The position numbers and the translations under genes are program-made. The notes beneath the pieces are model-generated. The model was given only the letters and a program-made list of their open reading frames with translations. It was not told the DNA's origin and did no database searches. Shown here piece by piece: positions 29,021 to 38,135 of a DNA stretch of 64,000 bases. Where the stretch lies: assembly GCA_963734535.1 (NCBI GenBank), contig CAVTHS010000004.1, forward strand, positions 128,001-192,000, in the 5' to 3' direction. The DNA comes from an uncultured Chloroflexia bacterium (GTDB lineage Bacteria > Chloroflexota > Limnocylindria > Limnocylindrales > CSP1-4). How positions within the stretch are numbered: position 1 is the stretch's first letter; every line of letters begins with the position of its first letter.

Positions 29021-29431
29021 TTGACGGGCGAGCCTGTCCATGTCGCGCGCGACGCTCGGGTGGCCAACGAGCACCTGGCGCTCATGGAGGGCAGATGCCG
29101 CGGGCTCCTGGAGTCCGCTCCGGACGCGATGGTGGTCGTCAACCCGGCCGGCGAGATCGTCGAGCTCACGCCGGACCTCGTGAAGCTCGACATGGGTCTC
29201 ATCCGTGGGATCAACGCCGACCCTGCACGCCAGGCGCTCGTCGCCGGGATGGGCTACTTCGCCACGAGGCGCAAGATCCGCCTGGTCGCCGAGGGGATCG
29301 AGACCCTCGCCGAGCTCGAGACGCTGCGCTCCCTCGCGATCCGCTACGGCCAGGGCTACCTCCTGGGCCGGCCGCAGGATGGTCGCGGGCGGGGACCGTG
29401 GCCGACGAGCATCGCCGTCCCCGCGTCGTAG
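29021..29431 (+). pseudogene. Internally deleted PAS-EAL protein
   Basis: PAS start LLESAPDAMVVVNPAGEIV joined directly to EAL tail PDLVKLD..VAEGIET..GQGYLLGRP; no EAL or DDFG motifs. Confidence 0.75.
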
Positions 29432-29989
29432 CTGCCACGGGCAGCATCGCTTGCGGGTCCTGCGTGCGGCTGCTCGACCCCGGACAGGACGGGTTGATCG
29501 TGTCGGGCTTTCGGCCCAGGTCCGGTTGAGAACGCCGAAGGTCAGCCGGGCACCATCGCACCGTCGAACCGATCCGCGTCGACGCCGACACGGATGAGGT
29601 GAAGCGGCAGGGCACTCATGACAGGCACTCCCCCCCCTGATCTCGCACGGGACGACGTGGATCTGATCGGGCACGGGTAGACGAACCTCGACCGAACAGC
29701 CCGGGCCGCGCCAGCCGTGCGATGCGAGTCCCCCGGGTCGATCCCGATGACCGTAGTGGACCACGGCGGGTCCCGGATGCGGTAGCCCCTACGTTCGAAT
29801 CTCGCGTGATGATCGACCGAGCCTCCGCGTCCCGGCCTGACCCCGATGAGGTCATTCGGTCGGACCTCATCCTGGATACGAAGACTGATAGAGTCACGCC
29901 GCAGTTCTCCTCGACGAACAGGTCGTCCGGGATGACAACGGCGGGAGGGTCGAATCCGTGTCCATCACCGGGCGCACGTGGCGCGCGTA

Positions 29990-30409
29990 ATGCACTTCAG
30001 GGTGGCGGCCGTGACGCTCGTGGCGGTCGGCTCGATGGCGATCGCGGGCTGCGGCGGGGGCAACAGCAGCACCCAGTCCCCATCGTCGAGCGCGGCGTCG
30101 CCGGCTCCGGTCGCGGCGTCAGCGACAGCGGGGACGGGCTCGGGCTCCTGTGGTGAAGCCACGGCTGCCCTCGTCAAGCAGCACCTGGCCAGACCGGACG
30201 TCGTCTCGGTCACGACCGAGGGCGGGTGCCACGATGCCACCATCGTCACGTCGCTGGGGCCGGGAGATTCGGCGACGGGTCTCGCGATCTGCGACAGCGC
30301 CGCCGACGTGGCCTACACGGGTGACATCAGCTCGATCACGGTCCTCGCTGCGAACAACAAGGAGCTGGCGATCGGCATCAAGGGCCAGCCCTGCATTGGT
30401 GAGCCGTAG
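29990..30409 (+). CDS. Small lipoprotein of unknown function
   Basis: Lipobox IAGC, Ser/Ala linker, compact domain with 4 Cys. Confidence 0.75.
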   Translation: MHFRVAAVTLVAVGSMAIAGCGGGNSSTQSPSSSAASPAPVAASATAGTGSGSCGEATAALVKQHLARPDVVSVTTEGGCHDATIVTSLGPGDSATGLAICDSAADVAYTGDISSITVLAANNKELAIGIKGQPCIGEP

Positions 30410-30579
30410 CAGCCTGCCGCCTCGCGGACCCGAGCCCGCCGTGGTTCGGGCCCGAGAGCCGGGAACCGCGCCCACCGGGCCAGGGCAATATCCATGGAGA
30501 TCGAGGCGCGAGCGACACGGCGATGCCGGTCCGGGCAGAGCCGGACCGGCATCGGTCGGGAGGGGGAGGAGGAGGAGGG

Positions 30580-31470
30580 TCAGCGTGTGCGGGACCGAGC
30601 TCCAGCGAGGCGGAGCGCGCCGAGCGACACGACCCCGAGGAGGGCGACGAAGCCGAGCACCAGCGTAAGCGAGGTGCCGGACGGTGACGTCGTCGCGCCC
30701 GCCGTGGCGGTCGGCGGTGGCGTCACGGTCGGGGCTGTCGAGGCCACCGGGGTTTCCGAAGGCATCGGCGCGGTCGGGGTCGCGGTCGCGTCGACGGCGA
30801 CGATCGCCTTGAGGCCGTTCCCCCCGACTGCCGGGCTCGCCGCCGAACCGACGACGAAGACGCTGTAGCTGTTGCAGTCGGCGACGTTCAGCGTGCCGAG
30901 CGCGAGCGCGACCGTCGTCGTCGCGGCAAGGCGGACGTCGAGGTCATAGGCGCCCGCCTTGACCGCCATGTAGCCGGTGTTCTTCGGATAGACGAGGCCC
31001 TTCACGATGGCAGCATCGGCGGCCGAGCCGTTGGGTGCCACGTCGACGGCCGGCGCATCGGCGCTGAGGTGGATTGCCCGGATCTGGGCAGTGGAGCAGG
31101 AGGCCGCCGGGTCATCGACGATGACCTGGGCCTCGATCTTGGCCACCGCGTTGGTGGCGGCGACGGTATACGCCTTGCCGGCGTCGAGGGTGAGGTTCGC
31201 GTCGATGACGGCGCCGGTGGTGGTGCCGGTCGCGAAGACCTGCACGTGGTGGGCGCCAGCCGGAATGGTGAGGTAGTCGGAGATCACACCGAAGGGGACG
31301 GAGGTAAGGACCTTCGAGTCGTCGACGACGACGTCGACGGCCGGGGCGTCGGGCGAGCCGTGGAGGACGCGGACCTTGGCCGTGTCCGCAGCTGCGGCAC
31401 TGCCGACGGCCCCGAGGAAGAGCGCGCCTGCAACGGCAAACGCCGCGAGGGATCCGATGCGACGGTTCAT
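30580..31470 (-). CDS. DUF4397 surface protein with C-terminal sorting-like anchor
   Basis: Signal peptide; VRVLHGSPDAPAVDV and IHLSADAPAVDV repeats; PPTAT then TM then basic tail; AAGGAAG RBS. Confidence 0.85.
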   Translation of the reverse strand: MNRRIGSLAAFAVAGALFLGAVGSAAAADTAKVRVLHGSPDAPAVDVVVDDSKVLTSVPFGVISDYLTIPAGAHHVQVFATGTTTGAVIDANLTLDAGKAYTVAATNAVAKIEAQVIVDDPAASCSTAQIRAIHLSADAPAVDVAPNGSAADAAIVKGLVYPKNTGYMAVKAGAYDLDVRLAATTTVALALGTLNVADCNSYSVFVVGSAASPAVGGNGLKAIVAVDATATPTAPMPSETPVASTAPTVTPPPTATAGATTSPSGTSLTLVLGFVALLGVVSLGALRLAGARSRTR

Positions 31471-31537
31471 GGGCGAATGCTTCCTTTCGTCGATCGCGCT
31501 GGTCGAGTGCCCAGCATCGGTTGGCTGACAACCCCTC

Positions 31538-31565
31538 TTCGGGCGTAACCAGCGCGGCGGATTGG
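31538..31565 (-). promoter_or_regulatory. Possible ECF (SigK-like) promoter CCAATCC-N17-CGAA
   Basis: Resembles, from recall, the CC(G)ATCC...CGAA SigK-type promoter; lies upstream of DUF4397 gene. Confidence 0.4.
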
Positions 31566-32070
31566 TGTCGAGGTGGCGCTGGCGGGTGGCGCGTTCGGCT
31601 CAACCCTCGTCTTCAACGTGCCCCTGCCGCGTGGCGCTGCGGCCCGGCGACTCCTCCTTCAGCATCGGGGGGCACCAGCAGGTGCTCTTCACCCGCAACC
31701 TGACGAGCTACTGGGAGACCGACTTCAATACGATCCTCGGGCTCACCAGGGCCGGTGGCGGCCGGCTGGTACGGGCTCAGCTCGACAGCCTTGGCGACGG
31801 CATGACAAGCGCGGGCGCGCTGGACGAGACGTTGGCCCGCAGGTGGGAGCAGGTCTTCGACCGCGCCAGCCTGGATGGCCTGTACGTCCTGGGCAGGCTG
31901 TCACGCTCTCCGTGCCGGGACTGCTCGTCGACGCCGGCACTGGCGCTTCCATGACACGGCCACGGCACGAAGATCACGAGCTGGTCGGTCGTGACCAGGC
32001 AGGGGCCGGGGATCACCATCAGCCTGCCCGACTTCACGGACGACATCGCGCTCAGATGGCCGCCCTGCCA
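31564..32070 (+). pseudogene. Collapsed remnant of a secreted protein, possibly glycoside hydrolase
   Basis: Codon-like fragments in shifting frames (QVLFTRNLTSYWETDF..RWEQVFDRASLDGLYVL; ITISLPDFTDDIALR); no start. Confidence 0.35.
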
Positions 32071-32095
32071 CGGGCGGGCGCGCGTCCGGACAGTG

Positions 32096-33892
32096 CTACC
32101 GCGACGGCAGGGTCGTGCCCGCGAGGACCTGGCGGAGGACGAACCGGCCGTCGGTCGCCGGGTCGAGCAGGTTCGGCTGGCCGTGATCGACCACGACGAT
32201 CGGCGAGAGCCGGACCTGGGCCAGTCGCGTCCCGACGAACGTGAGGGAGGTGATGATTCCCTCCTGCGTCTGCCGGCTCCAGTCCTGGTCGAACCAGAAG
32301 TTGCCCTGGCTGGAGCCGACGTACCGATACGTCGATCCCGTCTTCGTGATCGAGAGCGCCCCGGCCCAGTGGAAGTCGGCCCCGACCACGTGGTCCACGC
32401 CCGCCGCCACCAGCGTCTTCACGACGCCGAGCTGGAACGCGGTGAACGTTGCCCGGTACTCGACGGAGCTCCATTGCGGGAGCGCGATCACCACCTGCGC
32501 CCCCTGGGCGCGCGCGCTCGCGACGGCCTTCGCCACGTTCGCGGGGGTCAATGCGGCGACGCCGGCCGATGACGCAGTCGCGTACGCGGATCCGCCGATC
32601 GAGTCGAACCCGACGAAGCCGAAGGTGACGCCGCCGGCATCGACGACGGCCGGACGGAGCGCCTGGCCAAGCGAGCGACCGGCACCCGTCGGCTGGATCC
32701 CGGCGGCCCGGAAGAGGTCGACCGTCTCGCCCACTGGGCCCAGGCCCGCGTTCGTCGTGTGATCGGCCGCGACCGTGACGACGTCGAAGCCCGCCCGGGC
32801 CATCGCCGGGGCCACCCGCGGGTCGATCGAGAAGACCGTTCCGCTGTCGTGCTGGACGAAGTTGCGGGTCATGGCGCACTCGAAGTCGCTGACCGCCACG
32901 TCGGCATTCCGGATCAGGTTGCGGACCGCGCCCGCATTGCCCGTTCGGACGGCGTCGACGACCGTCCAGCCGAAGCGCGGGTCCCAGTGCGTGCCGGTGT
33001 ACCGCGCCGTTCCCCCGGCCGCGAGCCAGTCCCACCCGCGACCCAGGACGTTGGTCTGGTGGCTGACGCCGCGATCCGGGCAGTTGACGCCGGTCGTCAC
33101 GATCACCCGGACGTCGGCCACGGTCCACCGGCTCCACGCGGCCGGCCACGCGGCGGGCGTCGCGATGACCAGCGGGTACCGGGCATTCCGGGCAGGCTTC
33201 TCGCCAAAGAGGTCCGCTCCGTCCAGGGCAACGGCCTTCACGCGCGGGCTGACGAGCGCGGGCGGGACCAGGGCCAGCTGGGTCCTTCCCGGGCCAAGGG
33301 CGGCCGTTACCTGGTCCGCCGGCACGCATGCCGAGGCGGCGCTCCCCGCCTTCCCCAGACACCGCGGCGACCGCGGCCTCGGCCCCGCACGGGACGATGA
33401 GCGTGCCGGCAGCGAAGCGCGCAGCGAGCGTCGCGCGGCTGACGGTGGTCACCGCGTAGTTGTCGAATGCGCTGACGACGGCCAGCGGGACCGTGGCCGC
33501 GCCCGGACCAGCTGGTGCGCCCGGGCTCGCGGAGGCCCCCGCCGCGCCGGCGGGCGAGGCGACCGGCGACGCCGCGGGAGACGCAGGCGCCGAGCGGCGG
33601 GAGACGCGAGTGGATCGGCCACGGTCGACCCCTTGGCGGATGCGGATGCGGGGCCCGCCACGGCAGCGGCCGACGCGCCGCCCGTCCCGCTGGCGCCAGT
33701 GCCCGCGCTACCCGTCCCCCCGGGACCGGGCGGCGTGCCCCGGGCAGGCCCGATCGCGACGGCGGTGCCGAGAAGGGCTGCCACCGCGACGAGCGCCAGG
33801 CCAACGACCGGGGCCGCGCGTCGTCGCGGCCCGTCGGCTGGCCGATCGGGACCCTCGCGCCGGCTTCTCGCCTCCTGCCCCTGGTCACCCAT
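32096..33892 (-). CDS. CapA-family (poly-gamma-glutamate synthesis / metallophosphatase-like) membrane protein; frameshifts near 33330 and 33600
   Basis: ADVAVSDFEC, GFDVVTVAADH, PQWSSVEY, AGVDHVVGADFH, SQGNFWFDQ; N-terminal TM in another frame. Confidence 0.75.
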
Positions 33893-33914
33893 GCCGGCCA
33901 CTATGGCGCAGCGG

Positions 33915-35234
33915 TCAAGAACCGACGACCGTGCCGGGGGCCTGGTCGGCATCCGCAGGTGGATCCCAGCTGCCGATGCTCGCGATGATCCCGGGCAGGT
34001 AGCGCCGGCGGTGGACCAGCAGGCCGAGCGCAACGAGGATGTACGCGGCCGAGAAGACGAGGCGCACGTCGGTCGTGGGGAACGGGAACTGGACGATGAA
34101 CAGCCCGAAGATCGCGGCTGCCTCCCACAGCCCGAAGCGGCGATCCGCGAGCACGGCGAACGCGAGGAGGGCCTGGGCGCTGGTGAGGAGGAACTCCTCG
34201 GTCTGGCGATCGTCGAGCGGCAACGGCGCGCCCGCGCCACCCCCGAGCGAGTACGCAACCCAGAGGCTCCCCACCAGGAGCGTCCACTGGTTGACCTTCG
34301 CGGAGAGCAGCATCCCGAGGCCGTCGGCGGCGTGGAGCCGCCAGGCGAAGATCGTCGCGACGATCAGCTCCGGGGCCTCCGACGAGAGTGGAGCCAGCCA
34401 CTGGACAAGCAGGAACTGGTCGATCCGGAGCGCCTCCCCGGTCGCAACCAGGCCGTCGGCGAACGGCTTGGCGGCCATCACCACGATCGCCGCGGCGGCG
34501 AGGAAGAGGCCCGTGACGAGAACGCGCCGCGAGGCGCGGGGGAGGAGCGCGATGTCCGCCGCGACGCCGATCAGCTCGGGCTCGCCGCGCCCCTCGCGGG
34601 TGACGCGCCAGAGGTAGGCGCCGAAGAGCGCGAGGAGGACGACCGCGTCATACCAGGCGATCGACCGGGTGAACGGGATCACGAAGGCGTATGCGCTGGC
34701 GATCGCGAGGAAGGCGAGCTCGACCCGGTTGTGGGTGGGCAGCACGACCGCCGGCTCGCGGTTGCGAGCCATCGTCTGCGGGCCCGCCGAGACCGCGCTG
34801 ACTGCCACGACCACGCCATCCCCCCGCCGGCGCCGCATCGCCCAGAACGCCACGAAGGCGACGAGCGGCCAGCCGATCCCGATGAGCAGCCGGTTCGACC
34901 CCGTCATGTTCGCCGCCGCGTACTGCGTGTACGCCGGGTCGCCGCCCCCCGTGTACGAGAAGTACAGGTCGACCGCGTATTCGGGCAGGACGGCGATCAG
35001 GGCGAGGATGGCGATGGCCAGGCTGCCCGAGATGTCGACCTGGGCTGCTTCGGCCGCCCACGAGAGGAGCACCGCGGAGGCGACCACGCCGGCCCCGAAG
35101 ACCAGGACCGTCAGCTCGGGCGACAGGACCGTCCCGGTGAGCCGGATGACGATCGCGGGGAGGGCAACGCTCGCGGTGATCCCCAGCCTGCGCCACATCG
35201 ATCGACCGGGTCGCCCGAGGGCGCGTTCCTGCAT
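33915..35234 (-). CDS. Ca2+/cation (Na_Ca_ex family) antiporter
   Basis: IAVLPEYAVD, AAANMTGSNRLL, LAPLSSEAPE, SAKVNQWTLL alpha-repeat motifs. Confidence 0.88.
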   Translation of the reverse strand: MQERALGRPGRSMWRRLGITASVALPAIVIRLTGTVLSPELTVLVFGAGVVASAVLLSWAAEAAQVDISGSLAIAILALIAVLPEYAVDLYFSYTGGGDPAYTQYAAANMTGSNRLLIGIGWPLVAFVAFWAMRRRRGDGVVVAVSAVSAGPQTMARNREPAVVLPTHNRVELAFLAIASAYAFVIPFTRSIAWYDAVVLLALFGAYLWRVTREGRGEPELIGVAADIALLPRASRRVLVTGLFLAAAAIVVMAAKPFADGLVATGEALRIDQFLLVQWLAPLSSEAPELIVATIFAWRLHAADGLGMLLSAKVNQWTLLVGSLWVAYSLGGGAGAPLPLDDRQTEEFLLTSAQALLAFAVLADRRFGLWEAAAIFGLFIVQFPFPTTDVRLVFSAAYILVALGLLVHRRRYLPGIIASIGSWDPPADADQAPGTVVGS

Positions 35235-35521
35235 CCGGACAGGGTACGGGCGCGAGCGTACCGGTGCGCGAGGCGCAAACCGCCCGCGACGGTTCGAGGA
35301 GGCGCGACCCCGACCCCGGCGACCGGCTCGGGTTCGCGGCTCGCGTGCTGTGACGCATCGTGAGCTACCCCGTGTTGTCAGGCGCCGGGTTGCCGGTCAC
35401 TTCGGTGGTGCAGGTGACCGCCCCGGGACGGCTGTCGCCCTGATCACCGCCGAGCGGTGTCAGGTCGACCGCGTGGACCTGTCGGATGGAGCTGACGGCG
35501 CCGGCCCGAACTCGTCATGGC

Positions 35522-36937
35522 CTAGGGTCCGGTCAGGTCGGCCTCGACGATCGAGACCTCGGCCGCGGCGATGTGCGGCCGTCCCGTATCGAGCAGGGCC
35601 CGCTCCACCGTCCGTTGGGGATCGGCCCGGTACGAGCCCGGTGCGTCGCCGGGGCTTGTCACGGCCCCGCGGTACGCAATGACCGTCCGGTCCGCCTTGC
35701 CATTCTCGCGCACGAGGATCGAGAAGCCGTGGTACCCGAGGCCTCCCTGGGGTGGGACCCCGGTCGTGACGGGCAGGGACGCGAGCTGACCGACGAGCGC
35801 CGCCACCTGCACCTCGGTCAGGGCCCAGGACGGGTCCGGCCGGCCGGAGTAGACGCCAAGCGTGACGGTCACCGTCGGAAGCGGGCTGTTCGCAAGCGGG
35901 GCAAGCGGGCCGCTCGGGTCGATCAGCCCGGCCAGGTGGGTGACGGGGATCGTGACCACCGGCATGCCGGCCGCGTACGGGGCCACCTGGTACTGCCCGA
36001 ACGTGATCTCGAGACCGCCCGGCGTGACCGCCCACGCGGCGTAGTTGTCGGCGGTCGGCTCGGTCCCGGTCGCGAGCCACGTGGCCATGGAAGAGTCCGT
36101 CATCCAGTCGGCCAGGGTGACCTTGAGCTGTGCCCTCGCCTCGGTCGCGAGCACGTCCATGTAGCTGCTGCCCGGACGGAACAGGTCCGCGAGCGCAAGG
36201 CGCCTGCCGGACGCGAGGTCGAAGGTGAAGGTGCTCAGCACGTCGGCGCCGTGGGCAGCCCCCGACGGGTAGGAGTACGAGTTCACGCGCAGGCTCAGCA
36301 CGTCCGGCGAGGTGTACGCGACGCTGTAGTCGACCTGGAGCGTCGAGGGCTGGTTCGGGCCGGCCTGCGGATCCTTGCCGATCCCCGACGTGAAGTCCCG
36401 GACCGCGGCGTCGGCCTGGTCCTGGAGCAGCTTGTTGATCGCGGCGCCGGCGGGCGCGTCGCCGAGGCCACTGACCCGCGGGTAGCGCACCTGGTAGGTG
36501 GCACCCGTGGCAGCGGCGACCCCGCTGAGCACATCACCGGTGACAGTGGGGTCCGCGCGCGGCGTCAGACTGGGGCTCGGGGCCGGGCTCACGCTCGGGG
36601 CCGGGCTCGGGCTCGGCGTCCCCGCGATTGGAGAGGCCGACGGCGACGGGACCGGGCCACCCACATCGACGGGACGGCCGTCGCCTCGGGCGGCCCAGGC
36701 GACGACGACCACCGCGACGAGCACGATTGCCGCAGCACCGGCGAACCGGAGCGCCCGGAGGCCTCGGGTCAGCCGGGCTTTGGCCCGCCAGGCCGGAACC
36801 TGCCTGGTGGCAAGGACGGACGCGCGGACGCGCTCGACTGCGGGTTCGAAAAGCGACCGTGGTCCACGCTCCATCCATTCGCGCAGCTTCAGGCCGAACC
36901 CCTCATCAACGACGACCGGGCGCTTCGGCGTGGTCAT
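35522..36937 (-). CDS. Membrane-anchored RsiV/DUF3298-like (anti-sigma-like) protein
   Basis: Short cytoplasmic N-terminus (LREWMERGP..ATRQ), one TM, PS linker, GAAHG..FDLASGRRLALADLF, FGQYQVAPYAAG. Confidence 0.75.
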   Translation of the reverse strand: MTTPKRPVVVDEGFGLKLREWMERGPRSLFEPAVERVRASVLATRQVPAWRAKARLTRGLRALRFAGAAAIVLVAVVVVAWAARGDGRPVDVGGPVPSPSASPIAGTPSPSPAPSVSPAPSPSLTPRADPTVTGDVLSGVAAATGATYQVRYPRVSGLGDAPAGAAINKLLQDQADAAVRDFTSGIGKDPQAGPNQPSTLQVDYSVAYTSPDVLSLRVNSYSYPSGAAHGADVLSTFTFDLASGRRLALADLFRPGSSYMDVLATEARAQLKVTLADWMTDSSMATWLATGTEPTADNYAAWAVTPGGLEITFGQYQVAPYAAGMPVVTIPVTHLAGLIDPSGPLAPLANSPLPTVTVTLGVYSGRPDPSWALTEVQVAALVGQLASLPVTTGVPPQGGLGYHGFSILVRENGKADRTVIAYRGAVTSPGDAPGSYRADPQRTVERALLDTGRPHIAAAEVSIVEADLTGP

Positions 36938-37053
36938 GCCAGTCCCCACTCGGCGAGCCGGCCGAGCCTGGTTGATTCGCTCCATGCGGGCACCGGGGCG
37001 AGACCGGCCGTGTCCTGAGGGGAGCAGCCGAGCTCGGTCATGACCCACTCGAC

Positions 37054-38040
37054 CTACGACAGCGACCCGCGCGGTGCGTGGCCGGCCCAGCGGTGAGCGC
37101 GGACGGCCGCCAGCAGGTCCGGCGACAGCGGCCCGGCGGCCGCGGCGGCGACGTTCGCGGCCAGGTGCTCCGGCCGGCGCATCCCGGGGATGACCGTTGT
37201 CACGTCGGGGCTCGAGAGGATGAACCGCAGGGCGAGCTGGGCGAGCGTCTGTCCCTCCGGCACGAGCGGGCGGAGGGCGTCGACGCGGGGGATCGTGGCC
37301 CCGAGGTTCGCTGCCCCGAAGTACGCGTTCCGCCAGTCTGCCTCCGGCCAGCGGCTCTCCAGGGTCAGCGTGCCCGCCAGGCTTCCCTCGTCGAGCGGAA
37401 CCCGGGCGATGACCGCCACGCCAAGCTCCCGGCAGGCGGGGAAGAGCTCGTCCTCGGCCGCCTGGTCGAAGACGTTGTAGACAACCTGGACCGAATCGAT
37501 GAGACCGGTCCGGAGCGTCCGGAGGACGTTCGCCGGCTCCCACCGGTTGACGCTGATCCCGACGTGCCGGGCAAGGCCCTCGCGGCGAAGGTCCTGGACG
37601 GCGCGCTGCCAGCCCGGGTCGTCCGCCCACTCGTCCTGCCAGACGTGGAACTGCGCGAGGCCCAGCGCCGGCACCTTCGCCCGGCGGAGGATGGCCTGCA
37701 CCGACGAACGGACGTGGTCCGGTGGAAAGACGTCCCGGATCCGGTCGCCCGGCCGGGCCGGCCACTGCCGGTTCTTCGGGGGGATCTTCGAGGCAAGCAG
37801 GAGGTCGCGGCCGGGATTCTCGCGTGCGAGCTGGCCCAGCATCTCGTCGCTGTGGCCCGCGCCGTAGACGAGCGCGGAGTCGAAGAACGTCACGCCGGCG
37901 TCCACCGCGGCCTGGAGGACGGCGAGCGACTGGCGGTCGTTGGCGCCGGTCCACCCGCCGATGCCTCCGCCCATCCCCCACATGCCGACCCCGAGCTCGC
38001 TCACGGACCGGCCGGTCCGCCCGAAGGCGCGTTCCTGCAT
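37054..38040 (-). CDS. Aldo/keto reductase
   Basis: GRTGRSVSELGVGMW, FFDSALVYG, ASK, QVVYNVF, IARVPL, VIPGMR. Confidence 0.93.
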   Translation of the reverse strand: MQERAFGRTGRSVSELGVGMWGMGGGIGGWTGANDRQSLAVLQAAVDAGVTFFDSALVYGAGHSDEMLGQLARENPGRDLLLASKIPPKNRQWPARPGDRIRDVFPPDHVRSSVQAILRRAKVPALGLAQFHVWQDEWADDPGWQRAVQDLRREGLARHVGISVNRWEPANVLRTLRTGLIDSVQVVYNVFDQAAEDELFPACRELGVAVIARVPLDEGSLAGTLTLESRWPEADWRNAYFGAANLGATIPRVDALRPLVPEGQTLAQLALRFILSSPDVTTVIPGMRRPEHLAANVAAAAAGPLSPDLLAAVRAHRWAGHAPRGSLS

Positions 38041-38135
38041 CGGCACAGCGTACGGGCGCGCGCGACGGCGGGGATGCCGGGAATGCGGTCAGCCCGGCCG
38101 GACGCCGAGTCGCCTGGCAGGGAGACGCGCGGCGG

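Noticed and set aside
29430-29640. Short minus-strand ORF after a G-rich RBS-like run
   Set aside because: Only 25 codons, no motif; continuation frames not convincing.
29945-29970. GGTCGAATCC resembling a tRNA T-loop or att remnant
   Set aside because: No cloverleaf and no match to the tRNA-Thr 3' end.
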